This document shows, one piece after another, positions 1 through 9,916 of a stretch of DNA of 64,000 bases (positions within the stretch are counted from its first letter, which is position 1; the number at the start of each line of letters is the position of its first letter). The notes beneath the pieces are model-generated. The model saw only the letters and a list, made by a program, of their open reading frames with translations. It ran no database searches and was not told where the DNA came from. Made by a program: the position numbers and the translations under genes. Location: the sequence record NC_070958.1; one strand, given 5' to 3'.

Positions 1-2073
1 TCGCTCCCTATCTGTACTGACTTCAGCCAAATGTTCATGGGGACCAAGCTGTTCAACCAGAAATTGCCTGCATGGTCATTTAGCCCCAGGACGACATTGC
101 GAGAAATGTTCAGCGGGTCCAAAGCCTACAACCAGTCAATGGACCATTGGATGATGGAACGTGTCGCGTCCATTTCCAGAATGTTCCAGTTCGCCGCTGC
201 TTACCAGCAACCTATCAAGACCTGGACCTTCTATAAGTTGGTTGACTGTTCTTACCTGTTCGCTAATTCCTCGTTCAATGCGGATGTCAATGATATAAAG
301 TGGCCAAGTGATCCAACCCTGGGGATTAACGCCACTGGTATCTTCTATTACAATTTGGTTTATAACCAACCACTGAGTAAATGGAATACCGTTGCATTCA
401 AATTGTTCAATGGTATCTTTAATCTGGCAAGATCGTTTAACCAAGACATTTCAGCCTGGAATGTCTCCAATGGTGAAAACTTTGAAAACCTCTTTAAAGA
501 CGCAATTGAGTTCGATGGGGACATTTCCAACTGGGATGTGGGTAAATCCAAAACGTTCTCTTACTTCGCAGCGAATGCCGTCAAGTTCAAATCCGACCTT
601 TCCAAGTGGAACGTGAGCTCTTGTTTCAACTTCGAAGCGATGTTCAAACACTGTTTGGTTTTCGATAGCGATATCTCTGAATGGGATGTCTCCAACGGTA
701 CCACTTTCGAGTGGATGTTCGATGGATATTCGTTAACCGAAACTGTCACACCTGAATACTTTATGATCTTCAACCAAGATCTGAGTAAATGGAACGTTGG
801 AAAGGGTGTTCGCTTTAATGCCATGTTCCGTAAGTGTCAATTGTTCACGTCTGACCTTTCTGGGTGGGATATGACAAACGCGCAAGAAGCCGGTGCGATG
901 TTCCAACATTGCTACGAGTTCCAGTCGGAACTTGCTTCTTGGAAAGTGGCAAAATTCACTCATGTTCGTTACATGTTCTTCCACGCCCACAACTTCAACG
1001 CTCCTATCCCTGATTGGGACGTGTCAAGGTGTACTGACTTTGAACAGATGTTTAGTTACACCTACATGTTCAACCAGGATTTGAGCAACTGGGATATGAG
1101 CAATGCCAGAAACCTCAATAGGATGTTCGATGTTGCGGCGGTCTTCAATGGCGATGTTTCTACTTGGGATGTTTCCAATGTAGTGACATTCTGGGGAATG
1201 TTCAGGGATGCGGCGGAGTTCAATGGCGATATCTCTGGTTGGGTTACATCCAGTGCGAATGATTTCAGTGGTATGTTCCAAGACGCGGTCTCGTTTGATC
1301 GGGATTTGAGTGGATGGGATGTCTCCAAGGGGATCAAGTTCAATGCGATGTTTAGGTCGACCAAGTGTAATTTCGGTATGAACAACTGGAACGTGGGTAA
1401 CGCCACTACCTTTGCCGAAATGTTCAAGGGGAACATTGTCTTTAACCAGAAACTGTCTACTTGGAAAACAGGTAAAGTTACTGATATGGGACAGATGTTC
1501 TCTGGGTGTAAAGCACTGACTGATCCGGGAATCGGTAATTGGGATACTGGACGCGTGGAACTCATGAATCAGATGTTCTTCGACTGTCCTCTTTTCAATT
1601 CCAATATCTCTGGTTGGAACGTATCCAATGTGACAAACTTCTCCAGGATGTTTATGAGTGCGCTTAAGTTCAACGCTAACTTGTCGACCTGGAATGTTTC
1701 CAACGGTGTAATATTCGAGAAAATGTTCCACACGGCGGAACTCTTTAACCAACCTCTGAATACTTGGAGAATGGTGAAAGGTGAAGATTTCACAGATATG
1801 TTCTATGGTGCGAAAGCGTTCAACCAACCCATCAATGACTGGGGTATGGCCAGCGCCAAGACACTCAACGGGATGTTCCGTGGTTCCTCTGTGTTCAACC
1901 AACCTCTGGATAAATGGAACACGGGCAATGTTGTCAATATGGACTCGACCTTCCGTGATGCCAAACAGTTCAACCAGAATCTGAGTATCTGGAATGTCGC
2001 TAAGGTGACATCCCATGCTGACTTCGATACTGGAGCGACTGCTTGGACCGAGCCACGTCCTAACTTTGTTTAA
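1..2073 (+). CDS. DUF285/BspA-like repeat protein, 5'-truncated by the window edge
   Basis: About 26 tandem ~25-aa repeats of type W(D/N)VS-x-x-x-x-F-x-x-MF-x-x-A-x-x-FN-x-DLS. The frame is open from base 1 (SLPICTDFSQMF matches the internal repeat CTDFEQMF), so ATG 31 is probably internal. Confidence 0.9.
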   Translation, partial: SLPICTDFSQMFMGTKLFNQKLPAWSFSPRTTLREMFSGSKAYNQSMDHWMMERVASISRMFQFAAAYQQPIKTWTFYKLVDCSYLFANSSFNADVNDIKWPSDPTLGINATGIFYYNLVYNQPLSKWNTVAFKLFNGIFNLARSFNQDISAWNVSNGENFENLFKDAIEFDGDISNWDVGKSKTFSYFAANAVKFKSDLSKWNVSSCFNFEAMFKHCLVFDSDISEWDVSNGTTFEWMFDGYSLTETVTPEYFMIFNQDLSKWNVGKGVRFNAMFRKCQLFTSDLSGWDMTNAQEAGAMFQHCYEFQSELASWKVAKFTHVRYMFFHAHNFNAPIPDWDVSRCTDFEQMFSYTYMFNQDLSNWDMSNARNLNRMFDVAAVFNGDVSTWDVSNVVTFWGMFRDAAEFNGDISGWVTSSANDFSGMFQDAVSFDRDLSGWDVSKGIKFNAMFRSTKCNFGMNNWNVGNATTFAEMFKGNIVFNQKLSTWKTGKVTDMGQMFSGCKALTDPGIGNWDTGRVELMNQMFFDCPLFNSNISGWNVSNVTNFSRMFMSALKFNANLSTWNVSNGVIFEKMFHTAELFNQPLNTWRMVKGEDFTDMFYGAKAFNQPINDWGMASAKTLNGMFRGSSVFNQPLDKWNTGNVVNMDSTFRDAKQFNQNLSIWNVAKVTSHADFDTGATAWTEPRPNFV

Positions 2074-2090
2074 CAAGCATAATTAAAGTA

Positions 2091-2122
2091 ACCCTCACCT
2101 CCCTTGACGGGGAGGTGAGGGT
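2091..2122. terminator. Bidirectional intrinsic terminator
   Basis: Perfect 13-bp stem ACCCTCACCTCCC/GGGAGGTGAGGGT with a 6-nt loop, between convergent genes, with A/T-rich flanks. Confidence 0.85.
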
Positions 2123-2136
2123 CTTTATCTTATTTG

Positions 2137-3123
2137 TTAGGTTTTAGCCACATCAGTAACACCGTTACCATTCTGAACTTTACCGTGCTTGTGTGAATCA
2201 AGATCATTACTACCTGATTTCACACCAGACTGACCAGTGACAGTACCACCAGAAGTAACATTACCAGTATTGGCAAAGTCACCTGTTTGGTTATAGTTAC
2301 CAGTCTGTTCTGTGTCACCTTCATGCGTTACGTTTCCCCTCACAAAAATGTTGGGTGATAAGAGATTAGTTTGTTCCCCAATGTCAAGGTTCATACTCTC
2401 TTCACATCGGATATCCAATACTTTCGTCTTGACCGCAATCTTCTCCTTGGCCCTGAGAAGCATTGTATCTTCACAAGTCGCTGTGATATTCTTCTTTTCA
2501 ATAGCGACAATGGACTTCTCTTGGTTTTGGAACGCCCACATGTGTTCCATGCTATTGAGTACAAAAGCGTTCTCCTCACCATCAACCAATGAGAAGCCAC
2601 CATTACCAGTGTCCAGTGTAATCGCATAACTGGTCGGCTCGCCATTACCTTGACCTGTAAGCAGTTGGAACTTCTTGGTATGGGTGCTGATCAAGAAGAT
2701 GTAATAGTTGTCAGTATTGAAGGGAGAATCTTCATTTACCTTGGGAGATGCGGAAATCGCCCAGATGATGGTTTCAAGGCGAAGCGTTCCATCCATGCCG
2801 AAATACATCCAACGATATGTGTTGGTACCCTTGAACTTATAAACAACTACTTTACTACCTTTCCGTACATCGGGGGAGGTGATCCGGTTAGTGTTAAATG
2901 GGAGCCAGATGCAAGGGGTGCCATTCGAGCGTAAAGCTTTACTGGAGTGTGTATCTCCTGTAGGGGATTGAGTTGTTACCTCAACATCTTCTACTGATGC
3001 TTGTAACCCGCCATCCGCTTCCGGGAAAAGTGATGGAATATAAACCAACACCTCATCGGTATTTGTTTGTTTATCTTCCAATACTTCGCCAACACCGAAG
3101 CATTCTAAAACGTTATCGATCAT
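2137..3123 (-). CDS. Baseplate central spike / puncturing protein (gpV/gp45-like; phiKZ gp164-like)
   Basis: C-terminal Gly/Thr-rich beta-helix repeats (GNVTHEGDTEQTGNYNQTGD) ending in an HxH metal-binding tip motif (DSHKHGKV). Sits divergent from an SbcC-like gene, as in phiKZ-like phages. Confidence 0.75.
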   Translation of the reverse strand: MIDNVLECFGVGEVLEDKQTNTDEVLVYIPSLFPEADGGLQASVEDVEVTTQSPTGDTHSSKALRSNGTPCIWLPFNTNRITSPDVRKGSKVVVYKFKGTNTYRWMYFGMDGTLRLETIIWAISASPKVNEDSPFNTDNYYIFLISTHTKKFQLLTGQGNGEPTSYAITLDTGNGGFSLVDGEENAFVLNSMEHMWAFQNQEKSIVAIEKKNITATCEDTMLLRAKEKIAVKTKVLDIRCEESMNLDIGEQTNLLSPNIFVRGNVTHEGDTEQTGNYNQTGDFANTGNVTSGGTVTGQSGVKSGSNDLDSHKHGKVQNGNGVTDVAKT

Positions 3124-3143
3124 TATAACTCCAAGAGGAAAAT

Positions 3144-5624
3144 ATGATTACTGGTTTGATTATAAAGGATTGCATTCCGCTCGCAAGAAAAGGCATTACC
3201 AGTATTGAATTGGATACCAGAGAGCAGTGGAACATTCTGATAGCCCGAAACGGCTTCGGGAAAACCACACTGCTTCGTTTAATGACCCCGCTTCCTCCCG
3301 ACAATGCTGACTTTGGGCCCAATGGTTACAAAGAGTGGCGTTTTGTCGATGACCGCGGGACATTCATTCTCAAAAGCAAAACTGGTAAAAACTCTACTCA
3401 CGAATTTATTCATAACGGCACCAACCTCAATGAGGGTAAAACCCTTATGGTGCAACGAGACCTCGTCAAGATACACTTTGGTATCACTCAACAGATTGTT
3501 GACGTTTTGACAGGACTTGATATTCGTGATCTCTTCACCACTATGTCAGCAGCTCGTCGCAAAGACTTCTTGATGACAGTTAACCCCAACGATACTTCAT
3601 ACGCACTGAAACGCTGGGAGAAGCTTAAAAGCAATCACAACACATTACGTGGTGGTTTGAAAACCCAACGTCAACGTTTGGTAGTTGAAGAAGGACGCCT
3701 CACCCAACTGGCGGCAATGGATGCTGATAAGCTCAGGGAAGAAATTGCCAACCTGGACACACAGATAAAAGACGCACTGGTACTCCATGGTAAACTGGCG
3801 AATGTCAAACATAGGGAGATACAACCCCTCAAGCAAGAAATAAATGACATCATCTCCAGACTTCTGGGTAATGATCACCGCATCAAACTCACTTCTGGTC
3901 AGTACGGACAACAACTGGAAGATCTCACCACCAGACTCGATCGATTGAACCTGGCGTCCAGCAGGCTGTCTGGGATCCACGCAGAGCTCGTTCAACAACT
4001 CCAAGGTGTGGATTCAGGGAGTCAGAATCTCGATGGCTATAAGAAGCGTGTAGAGATGATTGAGCAGACTCTGGAAAGTCTCAAGTCCAACATCGAACTG
4101 ATCGAATTGTTCTTTACTGATCATCAGTTCTTTATGGAAGGTGAGTTCTTTAGGAGTGAAGCGGTGACCACCAACGGGACTGAGCTGATTGAACAACTTC
4201 GATTGGTTCATCGAGCCCGCGACGAGAACGCAACTAGTGAGAAGTTTAAGTCCGTTCAGGAGAAACTGACCCACAAGAAAAATGAACTTGCAAACATCGA
4301 AGCTGATATCACTCAGATCAATCACCAACTCCAACATTACCAGAAAGCGGAAACCGTCGAATGCCCTGATTGCACCAAGAAGTTCAAACTGGGGTTTGAG
4401 AAGTTCAATCCTCAAGAACTGGTAAAAATCAGGGACGAACGAGTTGCCAACAAAGAAGTCATCCAAACCCAAATTCGTAAGTACAGCGATTATGTCGAGG
4501 CTAACGAAGATTGGTACGGGACCATGGCTAGTTTCATGAGATACGTACGTCGTCTTGAACACTCGGATGAGATTCTCCGTCTAGTGAGTCATTACAATGT
4601 AGGTAAAGCTGAAACCATCGTACTTCAAGAGTGTCTCCGCCGAGCGGTTCAACTGGACAAGTCGGTAAAGCAATACGCTAGCCTGGAGGAAGAGAAACAA
4701 AGTCTGGTACGTGACATTAATTACCTTGAAAGTTCTGATGTCAATGCACTGTTCCTGAGAGCCGAAGAGGTTGAGCGTGAGATGGCTATCACTCAACGTC
4801 AGATAGGACGTGTTCGTCAGGACATTAAGGACACACAGGAGAAAATCGACATCATCATCGATGATGGTTATCGCCGTGATCGCCTTAGTGAACTGATGAC
4901 ACAAATCCAAGATGTGCTTGAACAGAACGGTCTGTACCGGATCAAGTTACGGGTTAAGGAAGCTATCGATGAACTTTCACCTCAGAAAGAACAGATGATC
5001 GGTAACCTTATTCGTGCTGAATCTCTGAACTCCGTTATCCAGTCAATTAAGGACGATATTGCCAACCTTGAAAAACGTGAACGCCATACCCAACTTCTGT
5101 TGGATGGACTTTCTCCGGTTAAAGGGTTCATTGGTTATCTCATGAATGATTTCCTCAAATCAGTCATCGGGAATATCAACGTAATCCTTCAAGAGGTGTG
5201 GACAACTCGTCTTCGTGTTCTTAACTGTTCGACCAGTAAAGATGAAGATAGTGTTGACCTCAACTACCAGTTCCCAGCACTAACCAGTTCCGATAACCAT
5301 CCGAATAAAGATATCTCTCAATGTTCAGGTGGTGAACGTGAACTCATCAACTTTGCTTTCCGTCTTGTGGTTCTTCGTTACATGGGTCCAAAATGTGGAA
5401 TTCCATTGATGATGGATGAAGTCGGTGTTGCACTGGATGAGCTTCACCGTGGGATGTTCCGTGCTTGGATGTCTGAGCAGAATCGTACAGATGCGTTGCC
5501 GAAGGTCTTTATGATCTCTCACGACTACGCTCAGTTCGGTGCAACTCACGCCAACTTTATCGGACTGAATACCGAAGGGTTGAAGGTACCGGCTAATGTC
5601 AATGCCAGAAGTGTGATACGTTAA
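3144..5624 (+). CDS. SbcC/Rad50-like SMC-family ATPase
   Basis: Walker A ARNGFGKTT, long coiled coils, central zinc-hook CPDC, signature CSGGE, Walker B LMMDE, H-loop ISH. Confidence 0.92.
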   Translation: MITGLIIKDCIPLARKGITSIELDTREQWNILIARNGFGKTTLLRLMTPLPPDNADFGPNGYKEWRFVDDRGTFILKSKTGKNSTHEFIHNGTNLNEGKTLMVQRDLVKIHFGITQQIVDVLTGLDIRDLFTTMSAARRKDFLMTVNPNDTSYALKRWEKLKSNHNTLRGGLKTQRQRLVVEEGRLTQLAAMDADKLREEIANLDTQIKDALVLHGKLANVKHREIQPLKQEINDIISRLLGNDHRIKLTSGQYGQQLEDLTTRLDRLNLASSRLSGIHAELVQQLQGVDSGSQNLDGYKKRVEMIEQTLESLKSNIELIELFFTDHQFFMEGEFFRSEAVTTNGTELIEQLRLVHRARDENATSEKFKSVQEKLTHKKNELANIEADITQINHQLQHYQKAETVECPDCTKKFKLGFEKFNPQELVKIRDERVANKEVIQTQIRKYSDYVEANEDWYGTMASFMRYVRRLEHSDEILRLVSHYNVGKAETIVLQECLRRAVQLDKSVKQYASLEEEKQSLVRDINYLESSDVNALFLRAEEVEREMAITQRQIGRVRQDIKDTQEKIDIIIDDGYRRDRLSELMTQIQDVLEQNGLYRIKLRVKEAIDELSPQKEQMIGNLIRAESLNSVIQSIKDDIANLEKRERHTQLLLDGLSPVKGFIGYLMNDFLKSVIGNINVILQEVWTTRLRVLNCSTSKDEDSVDLNYQFPALTSSDNHPNKDISQCSGGERELINFAFRLVVLRYMGPKCGIPLMMDEVGVALDELHRGMFRAWMSEQNRTDALPKVFMISHDYAQFGATHANFIGLNTEGLKVPANVNARSVIR

Positions 5625-5627
5625 GCT

Positions 5628-5659
5628 AGAACCTCTCAGAAGCAATTCTGAGAGGTTCT
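5628..5659 (+). terminator. Intrinsic terminator
   Basis: 14-bp stem AGAACCTCTCAGAA/TTCTGAGAGGTTCT with a GCAA loop, right after the stop codon. Confidence 0.85.
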
Positions 5660-5766
5660 TTAACTATGTCTATGGACTTTTACCTATATTGTGCCAAGAG
5701 CTGTTATATGTCGTTATGCGACGTATAACGACTGAATGGTTTATGTTCCGCTATATCTTTTCAGAT

Positions 5767-5784
5767 AGATATTATCCCAATGTA
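5767..5784 (+). promoter_or_regulatory. Putative phage promoter motif, copy 1
   Basis: AGATATTATC-ccaa-TGTA; the same motif and spacing recur 10 times upstream of + strand gene runs. Confidence 0.7.
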
Positions 5785-5840
5785 TGCACGTGGAGAAATT
5801 TGTGTATTACACCTGAAGTACAAACAACTAGGAGTGACCT

Positions 5841-6599
5841 ATGAAGACGTACATTATGCTGATCATCGCTATGCTGTTCAGCACCATGGCTAACGCCTCC
5901 GTTGCCACTACGAGTACTAAGTACAACGCTTATGCTCAACAAGTAATGCTGGATCGTTTCGACAGCATCAAAGGTGAGCTTTACGAAGCCTCCATCACGA
6001 CCGGTATCAACATGAACGAGTTGGTTGCTATCGGTTCCCTCGAGTCTAAACTGAAGAACAATGTTCGACCTAAACGTGGAACAGCCCAAGGTGTACTCCA
6101 GTACACCAATTCCACCTGGAAGAATAAACGGAAACAATACGCAGAAGAACTCGGTGTTCCGGCCAATGCCCATCAAACCAATCTCAAGGCCAACTTGACT
6201 ATTGGCGGGAAGGATCTACAGGACACCAAAGCAAGTCTTATCGCTCGCACCCATCTCACTGAAGAAACACTCACCTTAGGTGATGTGTACATGTCTCATT
6301 TCCTGGGAGAAGATGGTGCGGTTAAAGTGATCAATTCGTACAGTCACAAACCACTCAATCAAATTGTGACTTTGCATGCAGGAAACACTTACTATTACAA
6401 GCCTAACGGTCAGGTCCGGACTGCGCGAGAAATGCGGCAGTACATGGATAAACTCGTTAAGGAAGAGTCACGGGTATATGAAGAGGCTATCATGCATTAC
6501 CAAGTAAAGCGGATCTTCTCTCCTGTGCACCAGTTGCTCACCGTCCTCCAGTCCAATCCCGTCAAAGACGTATTGGCTCGGGCGATAGTTCAAAGTTAA
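5841..6599 (+). CDS. Lytic transglycosylase (SLT / phiKZ gp144-like catalytic domain) with signal peptide
   Basis: LVAIGSLES (catalytic Glu), AQGVLQYTNSTW, YMSHFLGEDGA and YYKPNGQVRT motifs; N-terminal Sec signal MKTYIMLIIAMLFSTMANA. Confidence 0.8.
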   Translation: MKTYIMLIIAMLFSTMANASVATTSTKYNAYAQQVMLDRFDSIKGELYEASITTGINMNELVAIGSLESKLKNNVRPKRGTAQGVLQYTNSTWKNKRKQYAEELGVPANAHQTNLKANLTIGGKDLQDTKASLIARTHLTEETLTLGDVYMSHFLGEDGAVKVINSYSHKPLNQIVTLHAGNTYYYKPNGQVRTAREMRQYMDKLVKEESRVYEEAIMHYQVKRIFSPVHQLLTVLQSNPVKDVLARAIVQS

Positions 6600-6658
6600 A
6601 TGGTAACGGGGTTCATGATGATATGGCGAGAACAATCTTTTATCTAAAGGCATTCATC

Positions 6659-6922
6659 ATGACCATTTCTGCTCTGGAATTTCAATGTCAGGTTCATCCT
6701 GATGGTTCGTTGGAACCTGTAAATCATTTCACCGGCAACATCATCACTGTCACTACTAACACCGACGTTAACGGTCAAAAGACCGGTTCCGTTGCTGTGA
6801 TGAACAGTGTGATTGCTTATCTGAGTTATGACTTCTCCGGTAACCGTGTTGTGGGGTACACACCCACTTACGATAACCCGACGGTCATGAAAACCATGGA
6901 GCGCCTCTTCCCGCTTCTTTAA
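6659..6922 (+). CDS. Hypothetical protein
   Basis: ORF in a gene run; ATG 6659 preferred because AAAGG precedes it. Confidence 0.6.
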   Translation: MTISALEFQCQVHPDGSLEPVNHFTGNIITVTTNTDVNGQKTGSVAVMNSVIAYLSYDFSGNRVVGYTPTYDNPTVMKTMERLFPLL

Positions 6923-6948
6923 TTGGAAGAAACTGTAATGAACATACT

Positions 6949-6976
6949 CCTGGGATGGCCGTTTGGTCATCCCAGG
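6949..6976 (+). other. Intergenic RNA hairpin (terminator or processing stem)
   Basis: CCTGGGATGGCC-GTTT-GGTCATCCCAGG 12-bp stem with one G-U pair; only a weak U-tract follows. Confidence 0.5.
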
Positions 6977-7001
6977 TTATGTTTCTTTAGAGGAACTTGA
7001 A

Positions 7002-7169
7002 ATGAAAGTTGAACACGAGGTAACCGAGGTTATTCTGAACTATCACGAGTTTACTATTGTGACAGTGAAGACTCCTAAAGGTTCTTTCCAAATGTCCGTA
7101 ACTGGTCACAACCAACCCAGGGCTAAGACCAGCCGTATGGCAGAATCCATTCTCAAATCAATCAAGTAA
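7002..7169 (+). CDS. Hypothetical protein
   Basis: GAGGA RBS before ATG 7002. Confidence 0.6.
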   Translation: MKVEHEVTEVILNYHEFTIVTVKTPKGSFQMSVTGHNQPRAKTSRMAESILKSIK

Positions 7170-7178
7170 GGAAGTGTT

Positions 7179-7928
7179 ATGCAAATCACCAAAGCAGCGA
7201 GTCAAAACGTTTGTCTCCATAAATCAGAAAACGGTTCAATCCAACTGATCTATCGTCGTTCACGGGACCTGGGATTGCGGGCCTACATCAATCTCACTAC
7301 CAAGACCGAAGATGCAATGGACATTGTCCCCGGTATCTGTGGTAAGACCCGGTACTCTCATCGGATCATCGTCGACTGGTTGACCAGTGAACACAAGAAA
7401 GAAAACTACCCGGTGGAGTTATTTACACTGGTGGCTGAATATCTTTCTCTGTTCAGATCAGATCCTGCTGTCCGTAAAGCAATGAGTCAATCATTGTACA
7501 AAATGTGTGGAGCCTTGGAACGTGATTTCGAAAGATCCCGCATGTTCGGTAAGTCCAAGGGGAACCTTTTCTACAAACTGTGGGAGCAGGAAGTCATCTC
7601 CCTGGACGACACCCCGAACGAAATGGAGTTCTTCCGACTCACTTTCGTCAAAACAGACACCAGCTACAATCTTGGGCTAGACTATCGTGTCCTCAAGGGA
7701 GACAAACCTGGCTGTTATGCAGGTCGCGTCGATCTGTCCAGGAATCCACCCATGGGGATTGACCAAATTTATGCACTGATCTGCAACGGAGTAAAGACCG
7801 TCGAACAGTGGAAACACATTTCTGGTGAGCGAGCTGAAACCATCTTGGAAACCGCTGAGTACAACATGCACACCGACCTTGCTATGTTGGAAGAAGTGAG
7901 CTACCGTCACCAATGTAAACTCATCTAG
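7179..7928 (+). CDS. Hypothetical protein
   Basis: 249-aa ORF with AAGGAAG RBS. Confidence 0.8.
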   Translation: MQITKAASQNVCLHKSENGSIQLIYRRSRDLGLRAYINLTTKTEDAMDIVPGICGKTRYSHRIIVDWLTSEHKKENYPVELFTLVAEYLSLFRSDPAVRKAMSQSLYKMCGALERDFERSRMFGKSKGNLFYKLWEQEVISLDDTPNEMEFFRLTFVKTDTSYNLGLDYRVLKGDKPGCYAGRVDLSRNPPMGIDQIYALICNGVKTVEQWKHISGERAETILETAEYNMHTDLAMLEEVSYRHQCKLI

Positions 7929-7936
7929 GAGTTTAA

Positions 7937-9916
7937 ATGGAAGTTATGCAAGAACTGACCAAATTGGAGGCGTTGATCGCATACCACGATCACATGTTCT
8001 TCGAAGAGGATCGACCCATCATCTCTGATAGTTCGTACGACTTGTTAGTAGCTCGTCGTAAAGAGTTGATGGAAAAGGTACCCGATTATAAACCAGGCCA
8101 CGTACCTGGTTTTGTTCAATCCACCAGTCTCCTCCAGACCGTCAAGTTCCACGAACCGATGCTGTCTGTCGATAAACACAAAACAGGAGAGAGTATCAAG
8201 GCTTGGGCTGCTAAACAGTTAGCACCACTTGGGTTCAGTGATGAAGAGAAGTTGGATGGAGTGGCACTCAGGGCTATCTATGAATATGGAGTCATAACCG
8301 ATATCCATCTTCGTGGTGATGGCGAGGGCACTTCCGTTATCCACCGTCTCCCGATCATGGTTGATATCCAAACGGTGATATCGGAGTTCATGACAGAACC
8401 CAGGGTAGAGGTGACTGGTGAAGCATACGTTACCTTTAAAGATCTGAATGAATACGCCGATCAATGGAACATTGAAAGCGCCGAGTCCAGGTCAACTGTT
8501 AACGGCATGTTGAAGCGTTTGGTGCCTGAAGAATCTGACACCCTCCCGATCAGGTTCAAAGCGTTCCATGCTAGCGAAAACATCCGGTCCAAGTTCAAAA
8601 GTTATCTTGAACTTCGGGAGTATCTCAAGTCGGTTGGATTCGACGTTCCTGTTCTCATCTCGGAAGAGGAAATAGAGTCCATGTTTGACATGACTCGTAA
8701 ACCGGTCGGCGAGTATGCCATTGACGGGATCGTTCGTAAGAACAATGATCTCTCCCAGTGGAATGACCGTCACATGTCTGGTTACTGGACGTATGCCGCT
8801 TGTTACAAGTACCCCACCAACATTTCACAGACGACTTTGTTGGATGTGATTTGGAGCATCAACACGAAAGGGTACCTGGAGGGAACGGTGTTGTACGAAC
8901 CGGTCAAGTATGATGGTTCTATCATCCAACGTGCTCGTTTCAATTACCCTGAACAGTACATCGCTGCCGGCCTGGCTAAAGGGTCCATTATCGAAGTAAC
9001 CAAGGCCAACGAGATCATTCCTTATATGGTGGGGATGTTGACTGCTGGCGATGGAGAAAAGATCAAGTATCCAGAACACTGTCCGATCTGTGAAGACTTG
9101 GTGGAACGTGAAGCCCCGGCAATGTATCGTTGCGTAAACGAGAACTGCCCTGGGGCGTTCCTGACCAGAGCTGAGCGGTTGGTATCTCCCAAGGGTCTGA
9201 ACGTAGCCAGTTTAGGTCCTAAGCGACTCCTGAGATTGATCGACAGTGGTTACTTCAATGAACCCGCTGATCTTTTCAATCTGAAACATCATCATTTCGA
9301 TAATCTCCAGTTCGATAATGGGGTTGCCGATAAGGTGATACGTAGTCTGGAGAAAGCTAAAGGGATCGGTCTGAACAACTGGCTCTATGCGGCCTGCATA
9401 CCGGAACTTGGTTTTACCAGGGCGACAGAACTGGCTAACCAGTTTGGCAAGCGTTATACCAAACTCGACAACTTCATGGAGACCATGCAGAACGGTGAAT
9501 ATCTCCGTTCGCTGTTCAACAGTAAAGATGGTTTGGTTATGGCTGCTTGGGTCGAAAAGAACCATGATGAACTTTACAACTTCCTGGACAAGTACGACTG
9601 GGACTCCTGTAAGGTTCAAGACGGTGACTTGGTACCTATTGGGATCACCGGCTCGTGGAACTACACTCGTGATGAGATGAAGGTTCTGTTGGCCGAGGAA
9701 GGTTTCTTCCTGGATTCCATTTCCAAGGGTGTCAAGGCAGTCCTGGTGGGTGAGAAACCATCACCTTCAAAAGTAAAGAAAGTTGAGAAGTGGAATATCC
9801 CGCTTATCAAACTCGATAAACTCATGACCTTCGATATGTTGATCGCTATCCTCAAAGGCGAAGGAAACGTTATATCTTGGTCACCATCCTCAAAAGTAAA
9901 AGGAAACACTAAATGA
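7937..9916 (+). CDS. ligA: NAD-dependent DNA ligase
   Basis: N-terminal YHDHMF...ISDSSYD domain Ia, adenylation motif EEKLDG, DGIV motif, OB fold, zinc finger CPIC..RC..ENC, HhH repeats and C-terminal BRCT-like ITGS motif. Confidence 0.93.
   Translation: MEVMQELTKLEALIAYHDHMFFEEDRPIISDSSYDLLVARRKELMEKVPDYKPGHVPGFVQSTSLLQTVKFHEPMLSVDKHKTGESIKAWAAKQLAPLGFSDEEKLDGVALRAIYEYGVITDIHLRGDGEGTSVIHRLPIMVDIQTVISEFMTEPRVEVTGEAYVTFKDLNEYADQWNIESAESRSTVNGMLKRLVPEESDTLPIRFKAFHASENIRSKFKSYLELREYLKSVGFDVPVLISEEEIESMFDMTRKPVGEYAIDGIVRKNNDLSQWNDRHMSGYWTYAACYKYPTNISQTTLLDVIWSINTKGYLEGTVLYEPVKYDGSIIQRARFNYPEQYIAAGLAKGSIIEVTKANEIIPYMVGMLTAGDGEKIKYPEHCPICEDLVEREAPAMYRCVNENCPGAFLTRAERLVSPKGLNVASLGPKRLLRLIDSGYFNEPADLFNLKHHHFDNLQFDNGVADKVIRSLEKAKGIGLNNWLYAACIPELGFTRATELANQFGKRYTKLDNFMETMQNGEYLRSLFNSKDGLVMAAWVEKNHDELYNFLDKYDWDSCKVQDGDLVPIGITGSWNYTRDEMKVLLAEEGFFLDSISKGVKAVLVGEKPSPSKVKKVEKWNIPLIKLDKLMTFDMLIAILKGEGNVISWSPSSKVKGNTK

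Noticed and set aside
1-2073. Tandem repeats as a possible CRISPR array or DGR template/variable pair
   Set aside because: The repeats are degenerate protein-coding units without identical DNA repeats, spacers or adenine-specific variation, and no cas or reverse transcriptase gene was seen.
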